A DNA stretch of 64,000 nt from Octopus vulgaris (GCA_951406725.2 OX597833.1:51460001-51524000); one strand, 5' to 3'; shown: positions 12,871 through 27,120, counted from the first letter of the stretch. Made by a program: numbers and translations. The notes: generated by a model not told the origin, from the sequence alone.

Positions 12871-13539
12871 ATATGATAAAGATAACATTCTTAATATATA
12901 TGTGTTGTTGAAAAGCCAGAAACTGTAGTCTTCGTCCGGGAAACACCCATTTATAAACGTACCATGTTTTAAAAAAAACTCAATATAATTTAGAGCGAAG
13001 TGAAATGAAATCACATGAGAAGTGACAGGTATTTCGCAGTTGTTGCAGGTTTTCAATATCGCATACCCGTGTCACATCCATGTCTACGTCGGATCAGCCT
13101 TTACAGAATAGTATATATATATATGTTAAACACAATCATTGTATGCTTTAGACTAGCTGCTTTGATTTTGTTTTGAGAATGAGGCGATTACATGACACTG
13201 AAATTCTGCAAAACTGGTGAAATACATATGTAGCGCTCGTGTTCACTTCTGTGGCGTTTCGATTCGCCTAGTTCTGAAAACTATAGGGTTTGGTGAGAAA
13301 ATACGTCTATTAACATACAGTGTGTTATGTTAATAAAGTTTTTAAATATAAATTCTATTCTGTTTTACACAGTCTGATGATCATAGAAGTCTATCATAAC
13401 GTGTCACCTTCCTCAGCGGTACTGCAATTTGTATTGTGCAATATGGTGTAGTACGGTGAGGTACGGAAACACCCGAATTATCGCCAATACGACTTGAGAA
13501 AATTGGTATGCAAGGGCTTTTGCAAGAGAGCTCGAATTA

Positions 13540-13889
13540 CATACAATATATATACATAAACACACACGCACATATATATATGTACATACACATATTTGTA
13601 CGTATGTTGTACATATAAAAATATTTATACATGCCAATGCAATGTAAGTATATGTAAAGCTGTGTGTGCGTGTGCGTGCGCGTGAGTGTTTGTGCGTGTG
13701 TGCGCGCGCGTGATTCTGTAGTCCAAAGAACATTAATATATTTGTGTGTGTGTATGTATATATGTATATATATATGTATGTATATATATATGTGTGTATA
13801 TATATATATATATGAATATATATGTATATATATGCGTGTGTATATATATGTATGTATATATATATATATATGCTACATCTATATACATA

Positions 13890-13936
<47 letters not shown>

Positions 13937-14274
13937 GCATATATATACATGCATACATACATATGTAAATATATGCATATGTATATATATATATATACAT
14001 ATGCATACATGCATGTCTACATGTGTGTGTGTATATTTACATGTACATGCAACCACATACATATGCGAGTTCATACACGCATATACACATAACACTCATA
14101 TATATACACCTAATAAGAAACTTCAACATACATTTTACCCATACAGAACTACAACCGTACATAGCAAACACTAACGCGCAGTCACACACGAAATCACAAT
14201 TGCGCGCGCACATGCGCACAAATCAGTCGCACACACATACACACACCCAAACACACACACATGCATAAACACAA

Positions 14275-14305
<31 letters not shown>

Positions 14306-14539
14306 TTCAGGACCCCACCTCCCAGATAGAGTGAAGCATAATGGGTAATGTCATATCCATATGTTACGAAGGTCCGGTGTGTATAAATGTGTGATTGTGT
14401 AAGTGTGTGCATATGCCTGCGTATGTATACAAGGATGTGTGCGTTTATGTTAAAGTAGTTAGTTGTGCAAAAGTGTTATGAAGGGGAAACCTCAAAAACT
14501 TCAAAAGCACACAGGCATATATACATACATATATATATA

Positions 14540-14599
<60 letters not shown>

Positions 14600-14615
14600 A
14601 TATATATATACATAT

Positions 14616-14656
<41 letters not shown>

Positions 14657-14947
14657 ACATATATATATATACATATATCATATATATATATATATATAAT
14701 ATATACATATATATATATATATCATATATCATATATATATATATATATATATACATATATACATACACATATGTATATATACATATATATACACATATTT
14801 ACATACACATATATGGGTATATATGCACGCAAGCATAGATAGATAAATATAAACATATACATATTTATATGTATATACATATATAGACATATATACGCAT
14901 ATATATATATGTATATAGATATATGTATATCTATGTGTCTATATATG

Positions 14948-14998
<51 letters not shown>

Positions 14999-15023
14999 GT
15001 GTATGTATGTATGTATGTGTGTT

Positions 15024-15073
<50 letters not shown>

Positions 15074-15096
15074 GACAGAGACAGAGACAGAGAGAA

Positions 15097-15147
<51 letters not shown>

Positions 15148-15400
15148 TAGCTGTATATATATATATACATCTATATGCCTATATATATGTGTGTGTGTGT
15201 ATGTGTGTGTGTGTACAAATATATATAGATATATATCTATGTACACATAATACATACATATGCACATATATACGTGTATAAATATATGCTTAGATATATA
15301 TGCGTGTGAGCGTTTGGTTATATGAATGTAAGAGCGGGTGGACATAGAGAGAAAGAGAGAACGAAAGAAATAAAGAGAGAAGGAATGAGGAGAGGTAGAG
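13540..15400. repeat. Compound microsatellite block (TA, CA, TG, GATA, GACA)
   Basis: Directly visible. Confidence 0.95.
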
Positions 15401-15629
15401 AGAGGGGGCATATCAAAATATTTTTGCCAATCTATATGAATGCGTGTCAGAGGTGGGGGCGAGCTTATGATGGTGTGTATAAATATGTATGTTTAAGTTT
15501 CTCTGTATGCTTTACATTACGTTTCCACTGTGTGTTTAGTTAAAATATAAATATATAAACACTTTTATGATTCTATATTTGTATAGGGAAATATTTGAAC
15601 CTTATCACTGATGGCAACTGCAGACACGG

Positions 15630-15680
<51 letters not shown>

Positions 15681-16046
15681 CCGAAACCACCTGCTTCCAC
15701 ATATAGTGGTCTGGGAGTGATATGCATGATCGTCCTATATAGAGGGATGGTTGTATGAAGTATACTACGAATATATGAATATATATATATATATATAATA
15801 TAAAAAGATAGAGATGAAGAGAGAGAGAGAGGAGAAAGAGAGGCAGAAAGGTTGAGAGATAAAGAGTTAAATAAGGATATATATATATATATTTATCTCT
15901 CTATCACTGTATCCTTTTATCTCTCTGACTATTTCTCCTCTCACTCTTTTTCTCTCCTTCTCTTTGTCAGTCACACACTCTCTCTTTCACTATATATGTG
16001 TGTGTGTATATGTATCTACATATTGTACATGTGTGTGTGTGTGTGG

Positions 16047-16077
<31 letters not shown>

Positions 16078-16628
16078 GATATATATATATATATATATAT
16101 GTAGATAGACAGATATAATATATATTTATACATTAAACATAGGTGTGTATGTATGTTTATGTATGTATGTATGTATGTATGTACGTATGTATGTATGCAT
16201 GAACATACATGTCAGTTACACATGCCAAGCGTTAGGTGTGGGCGAAGTCAACTTGATTAAACATTTTATCATTTATACGAATATTACGCGAAATATAAAT
16301 ATATATATATTATATATAGAGATATGTTAGAATGTATATCAATGCGAAGAGGAAAATATCCTGTGAGAAATTGGGCTCATGATATCGACCAAGGGTTCCA
16401 GGATGAGTCTGATATACCGTTGTAATTTTATAGAAATTCGGTAAGACATGTTTTCTAAGTTTAATCGATTATGAGAGTATATCATAAGAGTGCAGACAAT
16501 ACTTGGTCAACGAACCTGGCACATCATGCGACTAAACCCCAAAGCAAGTGGTCCTAAAACAAGCTTCCTAATCACACACCCGTATAACATATATATATAT
16601 ATGGGTGTGTGTGTGTGTGTGTGTGTGT

Positions 16629-16925
16629 GTGGAGGCGCAATGGCCTAGTGGTTAGGGCAGTGGACTCGCGGTCGTAGGATCGCGTTTTCGATTCCTAGAG
16701 CGGGCGTCATGAGTGTTTATTGAACGAAAACACCTAAAGCTCCACGAGGCTCCGACAGGGGGCGGTGGTGATCCCTGCTGTACTCTTTCGCCGCAACTTT
16801 CTCTCACTCTTTCTCTGTTGGCTTGCTCGCTTAGCCAGCGAGGTCGCGTCGTTTGAAGGGTAAAACAATGCGAAGCGCATTGTGACCAGCGATGTGTAAC
16901 AACATCTGATAGCCTGGTCGGTCAC
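16629..16925 (+). mobile_element. SINE family C, tail type 1
   Basis: Homologous to 10947-11243. Confidence 0.88.
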
Positions 16926-17342
16926 TGCAAAACAAGGGTGTGAATACATATACGCATACAGAAACAAATGAGCAATTGAGCAAATGAGCAGTTGAGCAAA
17001 TGGGCAAATTGGCAAAAAAGCTAAATATATTATGAGACGGACACATGAGTGTTTGTCAGGCGATATGCGACTGCGCGCGATTACTATACGACTGTGTGAA
17101 AGCCCGTTTAGGTAATTAAAGGAAGTGGGATAGGCTGTCACGTTGTCGGGAATGGTAAATGCTTTAAGGTCGGAACACAACCGTCCGTTTGGAACAGTGA
17201 TGGACAGCCCCAAAATAAATCTTTGAATCTAGTCACGTGACAATCGGAGGCGAACATGCGTAGCGAACTGTAAACACGTCCATAAATCGAAGTTACAGAA
17301 TTTATATCGAAACTACAGGAGTTTATTGGCTGTGGTCCGAAA

Positions 17343-17675
17343 TGGTGGTGGTCCATAATGTTGTTGGTGGTGGTGGTGGTGGTGGTGGTGGTGGTGGTGG
17401 TGGTGGTGGTGGTGGTGGTGGTGGTGGTGGTGGTGGTGGTGGTGGTTGTGGTGGTGGTGGTTGTTGTGGTGGTGGTGGTGGTGGTGGTGGTGGTGGTGGT
17501 GGTGGTGGTGGTGGTGGTGGTGGTGGTGGTGGTGGTGGTGGTGGTGGTGGTGGTGGTGGTGGTGGTGGTGGTGGTGGTGGTGGTTGTGGTGGTGGTGATG
17601 GTGGTGATGGTGGTGATGGTGGTGATGGTGGTGGTGGTGGCGGTGGTGGTTTTGGTGGCGAGGGTGGTGGGGTGG
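17343..17675. repeat. (GGT)n trinucleotide tract
   Basis: Directly visible; source of the poly-G/P/V ORFs. Confidence 0.95.
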
Positions 17676-17832
17676 TGCTTGTTTCTAATTGCAAGAGGAG
17701 TAATATAGTTTGAGTTCTGTAACGGAATTGCCAGATGTTCGGGGGTCTTCAGTTCAGTTTCTAACTGAATCGCTGAAATAACATGCTGAGGTCATTCATT
17801 ATTTCCTGTTTTATCTCCCTCTGTCTCTCTGT

Positions 17833-17866
<34 letters not shown>

Positions 17867-18061
17867 GCATGCAACCGCGCGCGTGAGAATGTGTGCGTAT
17901 GTATGTGTATATGCATCTATGTATGTACAAATAAATGTAAGTGTATGATGCATGCATGTGTGACGATTCGGACAAGGACTTTTCCAAAATAAAGTATTGA
18001 GTAGAAAAAGCTAGAAATACTGAGTAAAGTCAAAATGCAATCTAATATGTAATTATTATTA

Positions 18062-18111
<50 letters not shown>

Positions 18112-18184
18112 CATTATTATTATTATTATCATCCTCCTCCTCCTCATCATCATCATCATCATCATCATCATTATCATCCTTTAG

Positions 18185-18400
18185 GTGATGACGATCTGGC
18201 AGAGTCGTTAGCACGCCGGGCGAAAAAGCTTAGCGGTATTTCGTCTGCCACTACGTTCTGAGTTCAAATTCCGCCGAGGTCGACTTTGCCTTTCATCCTT
18301 TCGAAGTCGATAATTTAAATACCAATTGCGTACTGGGGCCGTGGTAATTGATTATCTCCCTCCCCCAAATTTCAGGCCTTGTGCCTTTAGCAGAAAGGAT
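18185..18400 (+). mobile_element. SINE family B between (ATT)n tracts
   Basis: Family B head and body with the ccccaaatttcaggccttgtgcc tail. Confidence 0.85.
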
Positions 18401-18414
18401 TGTTATTATTATTA

Positions 18415-18460
<46 letters not shown>

Positions 18461-18474
18461 CATTATTATCATTA

Positions 18475-18544
<70 letters not shown>

Positions 18545-18970
18545 TATTATTATCGGCAGCAGCATTATATTGTAATTGTTTTTGTCTTTCCGCGTCTTTC
18601 TTTTTCAGTTTCTATCTTTCCATGGTAAACCTGAGCCATGGCGTGAAAAGAAATTGAGGAGAAAGATACCGCAAAATACAAAAGTATTGATCCGGAATGT
18701 ACAACCAAAAATGAATGCCAGGCCCGAGTCCATGTTACGAATGTGGAGGCCTACACTTCAGAAAAGAGTGTCGGTTTAAAAACCGAAAATGCTATAGTTG
18801 TCATAAACTTGGTCACAAGTGCTTACACTGCAGGACAAGATTACGAGGGCCAAACGCAAAAAGTTCTAAGGTACTCTCAGCAGGTAGAAAATGAAATAAA
18901 AGGTATTATGACTAATGTTATCCAAGAACTGCCATCTTTAGGCGATGAGTAAATAACAAAAATGAAAGAA

Positions 18971-19255
18971 GTGGATTTGGTAGACGGAAACTGAAAGAAG
19001 CCCGTCGTATATATGTATATATGTATGTGTATGTGTGTGTATGTGTTTGTGTGCCTGTGTTTGTCCCCCCAATATGGCTTGACAAAAGATGCTGGTGTGT
19101 TTACGTCCCCGTGACTTAGCGGTTCGGCAAAAGAGACCGATAGAATAAGTACTAGGCTTACAAAGAATAAGTCCTGGGGTCGATTTGCTCGACTAAAGGT
19201 GATGCTCCAGCATGGCCACAGTCAAATGACTGAAACAAGAGTAAAAGAGAATAAA
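18971..19255 (+). mobile_element. 5'-truncated SINE A nested in the Gypsy element
   Basis: Starts at gtggatttggtagacgg; full tail present. Confidence 0.88.
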
Positions 19256-19572
19256 AATACAAATTCGAGTAGTTTCTCAATATGAACGATATTTTGATAT
19301 ATGCGCAGAGATTTGTAGTATTGACTATATTACAAAAAGCGTGTATTGAAGCAATTCCACAGCGGATACCCGGGAATGTCAGGGATGAAAGTTCTGATGA
19401 AGAGCTACATCGATTGGCCGATTGTGGACCGGGATATTGAAAATTTGGTGAGAACTTGTTGAGGTTGCTCGCTCGCAGCCAAAGCCCCGCCGGTAAAATA
19501 TCAATCGTAGCCGGAAACAGGACCCATGGTCTAGGTTGTAACGTAGACCATGGTTCGACTATGCCGAACCGG

Positions 19573-20100
19573 TGTTATATTTCTCTTGTTTACTTACAAA
19601 GAATAGAGTGATAATCCAGATAGGGGCGTTGTCTGTTGTTCAATATACTTCTCTCGTTTACCGCAAAGAAGAGAACACAGTGGTATATCAGATAAGTATG
19701 AAGTTTGCTTATTCCAGCTGTAAAATTCAAGACTATAATAATAACGGAAACAAAAATCGAGACGTTTTGTGAACGTTCTCGCGAGTTCCAGAACTTTGAT
19801 GTCTTGCAAACAACTTGCACATGCAATTGCTACCAGTCAAAAGCTCTGTATACCGGAAGCCAGTAAGTGTATGGGGTCATCAGGAGAGAATGCGCGCCCT
19901 ATCGGGGCCTACCTCTCGACAGCATCAATGAGCACCGGCCCCCTTCACTGATATGAGGCCCCGCTTGCTAGATCAGCTTGTTATGAAGTTAAGCTCAATA
20001 TCCTTCTAGTCATCGCTCATCGTCTCTTTTTAACCAAATCCAGTGGCTAGCCTTCTCCACTGTAGATTTGATATTCTAGTGGCCAGCGATATCCACAACA
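19573..20100. mobile_element. Solo LTR (528 bp) inserted in the Gypsy integrase
   Basis: TGTT...AACA termini; perfect 5-bp TSD ACCGG (19568-72, 20101-05); removal rejoins FDYAEP-VNVSYNIIVVD. Confidence 0.85.
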
Positions 20101-20902
20101 ACCGGTGAACGTCTCTTACAATATAATCGTGGTAGACAGCTGTTCAAAGTGGCTAGAGGTATCCAGGTACAATAAACCAATCGCTAAGACATCAATAATG
20201 TTCCTATATGAATTGTTTGCGAGATATGGTGTTCCAGAAACGTTAGTTTCTGATAATGGAACGCAATTCTTGACGCTGAATTCAACAACTTCTGAAAAAT
20301 GCATGCGATAAAGCATATCTTCAATCCACACTACCACCCGAGTTGAAATGAGGAGGTAGAAAGATTCGCGGATACGTTAAAAAGAGCGTTAATAAAAGCT
20401 AGGAATGAATTAAGTAATGACGAAGCACTAACAAAATTGATGTTCGCGAGAAGAATAAAATCGATTTTTGATAAGGTATTGCCGGAGAAAAAAAAAAGAT
20501 GTAAAGGAAATGCTAAAGATGCAAGGAAATATTTTGAAGTAGGAGATAAAGTGCATTTTAAAACGTACAGAAATATTAAAGAAGGCTGGAAGGATGGCCT
20601 TGTAACCCCAAAAATAGGAAGTGTGATGTATCAAATTAAAGGACCACGCTGGGATAGGGGACACGTAAAACAGCTAAAGAAGAGACATAACGAAGAAAAA
20701 AGAGAAATTCCTATGGAAGTATTTTTTGATGTATTCGATGTCCCAGCACGGAAAGTAATGGAGTCCCGTAGAACCAGCGTGAGAAAACGGAAGCAGACCG
20801 AAAACCTTGAAATAAGGCTCAAGCGAAAAAGATACTAAAAAAATAATATTAACAAATAAAATTTCTCTATTCGTCCGGAACTCGATATCTCAAACGTTGG
20901 GG

Positions 20903-21135
20903 TGTTGTGGCGAGATTACAACAGCGTCTGACGAGAATAGACGGAACTACTACATAATAACTGTGGCGGTCTGACATAGTCGGCAGCTCGTAGTTTGGTC
21001 TTCGAAGTCCAGGTACAGTTTACAGTTCGAGTTAGTGTATTGGAAATATTGATTGTTGGTTTGTTACGTATTTGTTACTGCCGCTGTTTCTATTTTGTAC
21101 TGTTAAATTGTATTCTCAATCTATCACCGACAATA
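20903..21135 (+). repeat. Probable 3' LTR of the Gypsy remnant
   Basis: Starts TGTTGTGG after a degenerate purine tract downstream of the integrase stop; ends ...acaata. Confidence 0.55.
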
Positions 21136-21204
21136 TCAGCCCTTGTACGATATTGGAGGCGTAAGGATATAACTTTATATTTATATATATAATGTTATAT
21201 CCAG

Positions 21205-21705
21205 CAATTTCAGGGTAGAGAGTAATTCGATTACATCGACCCCAGTGCTCAACCGGTTCTTATTTTATCGACCTCGAAAGGATGAAAGTCGATCGCAGTG
21301 GGAATTGAACAGAGAACTCAAAAAGGAGCGAAATGTCGCTAAGCTCTTTGCCAGGCATGCTGACGATTTCTTTCTACTCTAGGCACAAGGCTCGAAATTT
21401 GGGGAAAGGGGGTCAGTCGATTAGATCGACCCCAGTACGCAACTGGAACTTACTTTCTCGACCCCGAAAGTTTGAAAGGCAAAGTCGACCTCGGCTGAAT
21501 TTGAACTCACAACGTAAAGTCAGACGAAATACCTATTTCTTCACTACCCACAAGGGGCTAAACACAGAGAAGACAAACAAGGACAGACACACGGATTAAG
21601 TCGATTATATCGACCCCCAGTGCGTAACTGGTACTTAATTTATCGACCCCCTACGGCTACGCATTTCGCCCGGCGTGCTAACGTTTCTGTCAGCTCGCCG
21701 CCTTC
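21205..21705 (-). mobile_element. SINE B multimer plus an older copy
   Basis: Reverse-complement family B units. Confidence 0.85.
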
Positions 21706-22523
21706 GTTCCATTGTGATCATATTGAGTGCATGATAAATACATGGATGCATTTTGAAATATTACTAACTTATAATCTTTTACGCTTTTGCTGACTCTAGT
21801 CATTGGACTGCGGCCATACCGAAGCACAGCGTTGAAGAGCTTCCTCTATCAAACCTACCGCAGTATTTATGTTATGTGTGATATATATCCAGTCTTCGCT
21901 GTTTGCCCAACCGCTAACTTACAGCGGCAAAACCAAATCAACACCTGTTATCAAACGATGAGAAACAATATGTTAATAGTTTCGTATTATATCACGTTGT
22001 GCAATATCAAGTTTTGTTTCTGTGATACATACATACATACATACATACATACATACATACATACATACATACATACATACATACATACATACATAAAATG
22101 CTTGTATACACGCAAGCACGCAGAAACACGCGCGCAAAAAACCTCGTTCTCTTCATTTACCGCGTTAATGTTTTGGAAAAAAAATCATATGCGATACATT
22201 CCCATTTCCCTCTCGTAAACAAACTTAAAATTAATACCTTCCGTGTGGCGTTAATGGTTAGACAGTGCAGGTGGATTTGGAGGAAGCTCTCGTGTTCTCA
22301 AGCCATCTTGCTGTAATGGCGTAACGCACTGATATTGTACCATGGTGAGATTTGACACAAATGTTCTAGTTCATGAATTAACAGTGATTTTAGTAAAGCT
22401 GTATGGAGTGAGTATATGAAAGAGGAGCCTAAAAGATGAAGGGCTTAGAGAATTACATGAGGCACGAAGGTGGCACTCCGAACAGTGCTTCCAGTAGACT
22501 GATATGTCGCTAGTTTTGTATTA

Positions 22524-22961
22524 TTTTCGGTTTGAACGGCAGTTTTTTCTAGCGATGTCATATGAAATTGTCACCCATAATGACGTCCCTAGTATCGATC
22601 TGTTGCATTTCAATCTGTTTTAGGGTTAGGGTTAGTTAGTGTTAGTTAGGGTTAGGGTTAGGCGTGGGGGAAGGGTATCTTTTTTCTTCACAAATGTAAA
22701 TAAACCCTATCTGTTTCTTAAACGAGGGACATATTCATACGGCACAGAATGTTTTCACCTCAATAGATGCCATTGATTAGTTGAAATTGCAGAAACTGAA
22801 GAAAAAAAACCCAACAAATATCTTACAAACTATAGAATTTTCTCAATAAAGTCAAAAGAAAAAGATGTTTTATAAACACATTCTACCAGTATACGAAGTT
22901 TAAAAGTGTTTAGTTACGTGGAAATTATTTTAAAAACTGCCGTTCAAACCGAAAAAATCCC
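22524..22961. mobile_element. MITE with internal TTAGGG-like repeats (copy 1)
   Basis: TIR ttttcggtttgaacggcagtttt / aaaactgccgttcaaaccgaaaa; homologous to 37318-37755. Confidence 0.9.
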
Positions 22962-22978
22962 AAGTTTATAATTAGATG

Positions 22979-23636
22979 TGTAGACGCGTGTCTTAGTGGT
23001 TAGGGAGGGAGTATTCAGCGCACGATATTAAGATCATGAGTTCGATTTCTGGCGTCACGTTTGTCCTTGAGCGAGACACTTTACTTCTCGTTACTCAAGT
23101 CCACACAACTAACAAAAATGATTTGTACCTATAATTCAAAGGGCCAGCTATTTTACATTCTGTGTCACGTTGAATTTTCTTGAAAACTATATTTAAGGTA
23201 CGCGTGTCAGTGGAGTGCTCAGCCACTTGCAAGTTAATTTCAAGAGCAGGATAATTTTGAAAGGAAAATTTTATTTAAATTATTTTTGATTTAATTAACT
23301 ATATACATTATTGGTTTATTAAAGTACGTTGATGTTTAAGCTGAGGTAGTTAAAAAAATTTTGTATTTTAAAGTAATGGGTATAGAAATAATTTTGTTGA
23401 TTGTACTAAGGAACAATTTTTATTGATTTTTAAGTATAGTAAAGTTTAAATTTTGTACCTTTTGCATAATGGTTTGATAACATTACTTGCTGCATATTAG
23501 TTTCTCAAAATATGAAGATGTATTTGCTTCATTATTATTAATATATATAGTTAACGTGGTATAGTTATTATTTTAAAGGTTGTTCCAATAATCGGATCCA
23601 CTGGAATACGCGTCGTCGTAACAGACGGAGTACCAT
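22979..23636 (+). mobile_element. Old SINE (family E head, tail type 2) split by an insertion
   Basis: Consensus ...gagcagg|ctgttcc... is interrupted at 23250 and resumes at ~23580. Confidence 0.8.
23251..23579 (+). pseudogene. Probable NUMT: mitochondrial 16S (rrnL) rRNA 5' fragment
   Basis: Very AT-rich insert containing ttgtaccttttgcataatggttt (23453-23475), a conserved animal mt-LSU motif, with agtatagtaaag before it and degenerate downstream blocks in the expected order. Confidence 0.7.
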
Positions 23637-24164
23637 TTATATTTAGATCCATGTACTGTACTGTACATGGATGGGGCTGCACCTATGAAGAATTTCGGAG
23701 CATAAATTCATTAAATAGTGAGGGAGATAGAAAATGGTTCGTCAAAGAAATAGTCGAAGCATGTGAGTCAAAGACCAAAGCTAAGAGGAACAATAAAATT
23801 CTAGGAAGTAGTTAACAGAAAATTCTTGCTGGAGTTATAACAGTTGAAGCTGTTCGTTGTGATGGCTTGCATGGATGAAGGAGGGGATAGATTACACTAA
23901 TTATACAGTGTGAGCCCAAAAGAAATATGGACCATTCCCTGTTACCATCAATGCTGCACGGTTCATATGGCGGGAACGATGGCGTCGGAAGGTGCCGAAA
24001 TCGGTGTCTTCTCTTTCTAACAGCTGTTGAAGGGAGTGTCGCAAACTGAACGGTGTACCTAAGATAAAAATGAGGACGACGACAAAGAGGAGGAGGAGGA
24101 GGAGGAGGAGGAAGAAGCGGAGGAGGAAGCGGATTATAATAGACCTTTCTACTATAGGCACAAC

Positions 24165-24400
24165 GGACCTGAAATTTCTGGTGGTGGGGGTGGATTAGTC
24201 GATTAAATCGGCTCTCCACTGTTTCACTGGTACTTGATTTATCTACCTCAGTGTATCACTTGTACTTAATTTATCGACCCCCGAAAGGATGACAGGGCAA
24301 AGTCGATCTCGGTGGAATTTGAACTCAGAACGTACCGGCAGACGAAATACTGCTAAGCATTTCGCCCAGTGTGCTAACGATTCTATCTGCTCACCGCCTT
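24165..24400 (-). mobile_element. SINE family B
   Basis: Reverse complement of the family B consensus. Confidence 0.85.
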
Positions 24401-24424
24401 AATACTACTACTACTACAACAACA

Positions 24425-24518
<94 letters not shown>

Positions 24519-24601
24519 CTATTGCTACTATTACTAACACCACTACTGATGACGACGACAACGACGATGAAGATGATGATGATGATGATGATGATGATGA
24601 T

Positions 24602-24800
24602 AATACATAACAAAAACACCAGGACTTACAAATATATACACATACAGAAAATTGCACTACTGGGCACTGCACACATCCTACGCAAAACACTTTCAATACA
24701 GTAACCATAAGAGTATCACAACAAGCCACAGCACATAGCAAGGCACACACAGCTGCGCTCGGTAGTGAAGTGAAAGCTCGCTATAAAAATAAAACTATTA
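24602..24800 (+). mobile_element. R4/Dong-type non-LTR retrotransposon, short 3' end
   Basis: IQKIALLGTAHILRKTLSIQ* plus a 3' UTR shared with 25591-26032, followed by (TAA)n. Confidence 0.85.
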
Positions 24801-24825
24801 AATAATAATACTAATAATAATAATG

Positions 24826-24943
<118 letters not shown>

Positions 24944-25475
24944 TAATAATGAGTGATGATAACGACGACGATGTCAGGGATGATAGAGTTGAATATAGGG
25001 GTCTCTAATTTCGGCGCGAGTTCAGAAATTAGAACGGAAGATGGAATAACCCTTTTGATTTGACACTAGTGCATGATTGGTACTTACTGACACCCAATGG
25101 GGTTTAAACCCAGAATGAAAAAGAGACGGGTTTAATTGGCATGCAATATTTTATCTAGCACTGTACAAATTCTTTGACCCCTTAACTTTGATTAGAAAAA
25201 TATATTAAAATAATAATGAAAGCAATACTAATACTCATTTCTGCTATAGTTAGAGGGCTTGAAATGTTTTAAGGGGAAGGGTTCTAGTCGATTTTATCGA
25301 CATCAGTCCTCTACTGGTGCTTATTTCATCGAACTCAAAATGTTGAAGGACAAAGCTAACCTCGTCGGAATTTGAACTGAGAACCTTTAAGGGAGACGAA
25401 CGAAATGCTACTAAGCATTTTTCTCCGGTGTGCTAACGATTCTGCATGCTCGCCACCTTAGTAATAATAATAATG

Positions 25476-25554
<79 letters not shown>

Positions 25555-25590
25555 TTAGAAGAAGAATGATGATGGTGATGATGATGATGA

Positions 25591-26029
25591 CACACAGATA
25601 GAGAAATTAAGGCCAACAGACCAGATATAGTTGTCAGAGATCATGAAGAAAAAAAATGCTTTTTAATTGATGTATCAATACCGGCAGATGACAACGTGTC
25701 TCTAAAAGAAATGGAGAAACTCTCAAAATACAAAGACCTGGAAATAGAGGTAACTAGAATGTGGAACCTGAAAACAGAAACAATTCCTATCATAGTAGGT
25801 GCATTAGGCATGATAAAAAAATATTCAGACAAATACATAACAAAAACACCAGGACTTACAAACACATATAACATACAGAAAATTGCACTACTAGGCACTG
25901 CACACATCCTACGCAGAACACTTTCCATACAATAACCATCAGAGCATCACAACAAATCACAGCACATACCCAAGGCACACAGAGCTGCGCTCGGTAGTGA
26001 AGTGAAAGCACGCTATAAAAATAAAACTA

Positions 26030-26032
<3 letters not shown>
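25591..26032 (+). mobile_element. R4/Dong-type non-LTR retrotransposon 3' end (restriction-like endonuclease domain)
   Basis: TDREIKANRPDIVVRD...CFLIDVSIP...KEMEKLSKYKDLEIEV.RMW...PIIVGALG, the PD..D..K RLE signature; (TAA)n tail; flanking duplication ttagaaRaagaatgatgatgg. Confidence 0.92.
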
Positions 26033-26101
<69 letters not shown>

Positions 26102-26123
26102 TAGAAAAAGAATGATGATGGTA

Positions 26124-26173
<50 letters not shown>

Positions 26174-26183
26174 AATAAAAATG

Positions 26184-26233
<50 letters not shown>

Positions 26234-26235
<2 letters not shown>

Positions 26236-27120
26236 GTATGTGGCGCGTAGCAAACAAGCTGATGTCGACCAGAAACATACGCATCAATGGTTACGAAGCT
26301 CATGGCTAAAAGCAGAGAGTGAAGGTTTCATATTAGCTGCTCAAGACCGAAGTTTATTAACCCGGAACTAACAAGCCAATGTGATCAAAAATGGAGCCGA
26401 CCCAAAATGCCGATTCTGTAAGACCACCTAATCTCAGGGTGTAGAGTCTTAGCACCTGTAGAATATAAAGCAAGACATGACAGAGTCGGCCAGTATTTAC
26501 ACTGGACAATATGTCGGCATTATAAAATCAAAACCGCTGTCAAATGTTATAAACACCATCTTGAAGCTGTAATTGAGGAAGAAAATGTGTCGATTCTCTG
26601 GGACTTCCCCGTACATACCGACAAAACTATAAAAGCTAATAAACCGGATATTATTATAAAAGATCGGACAAAAAAGGTGTGTTTATTAATTGACATGAGT
26701 ATTCCTTGCGATCACAATATAGCGGCGAAAGAATTTGACAAGATCAGTAAATATAAAGACTTGCTAATAGAAACTGAAAAAATGAGGCATCTCAAGGCGA
26801 CTACAGTACCAGTGATTGTAGGATCTCTAGGAATGATAAAAAAAAAAGGTACTGAAACCTATTTGAAAATGATACCAGGTTTACCATCCCTACAGGAAGT
26901 GCAAAACTTGGTGTTAACTAGATTGACTCGTACTGAGAAGAGCATTATCGAGTGAAAACAACATACCATTCATGAATTTATTTATTTATTAATTTTTTAA
27001 AATACATAATTTTACCTGTGAATTTGCGTGTGTAATCTGGGAATGCATGCAATGAGCTTCTCTGCCTTAGGTGTACGGAAAACACTCGGCGAGAAATGGA
27101 AGAAAATTTGAAGAAGGAAA
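26234..27120 (+). mobile_element. Second R4/Dong-type family, 5'-truncated (CCHC knuckle plus RLE)
   Basis: ESEGFILAAQDRSL...KCRFC...HLISGC...YKARHDRV...ILWDFPVHTDKTIKANKPDIII...IDMSIP...KYKDL; flanked by (TAA)n. Confidence 0.92.

Larger units (their letters stand above)
18600..21135 (+). mobile_element. Decayed Ty3/Gypsy LTR retrotransposon (integrase region and 3' LTR)
   Basis: Integrase Zn-finger region LKQFHSGYPGMSGMKVLMKSYIDWP..DIENLVRTC*GC and core IIVVDSCSKWLEV...ELFARYGVPETLVSDNGTQF; C-terminal ORF 20437-20838; the 5' boundary is approximate. Confidence 0.9.

Noticed and set aside
17323-17713. Poly-Pro (formin/extensin-like) or poly-Gly protein
   Set aside because: A pure (GGT)n tract open in several frames with no flanking domain.
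20437-20838. 133-aa ORF as a host gene
   Set aside because: It is the C-terminal part of the Gypsy integrase, directly upstream of the LTR.
22620-22662. Telomere or chromosome fusion site
   Set aside because: Only a few TTAGGG-like units, internal to a MITE present twice.
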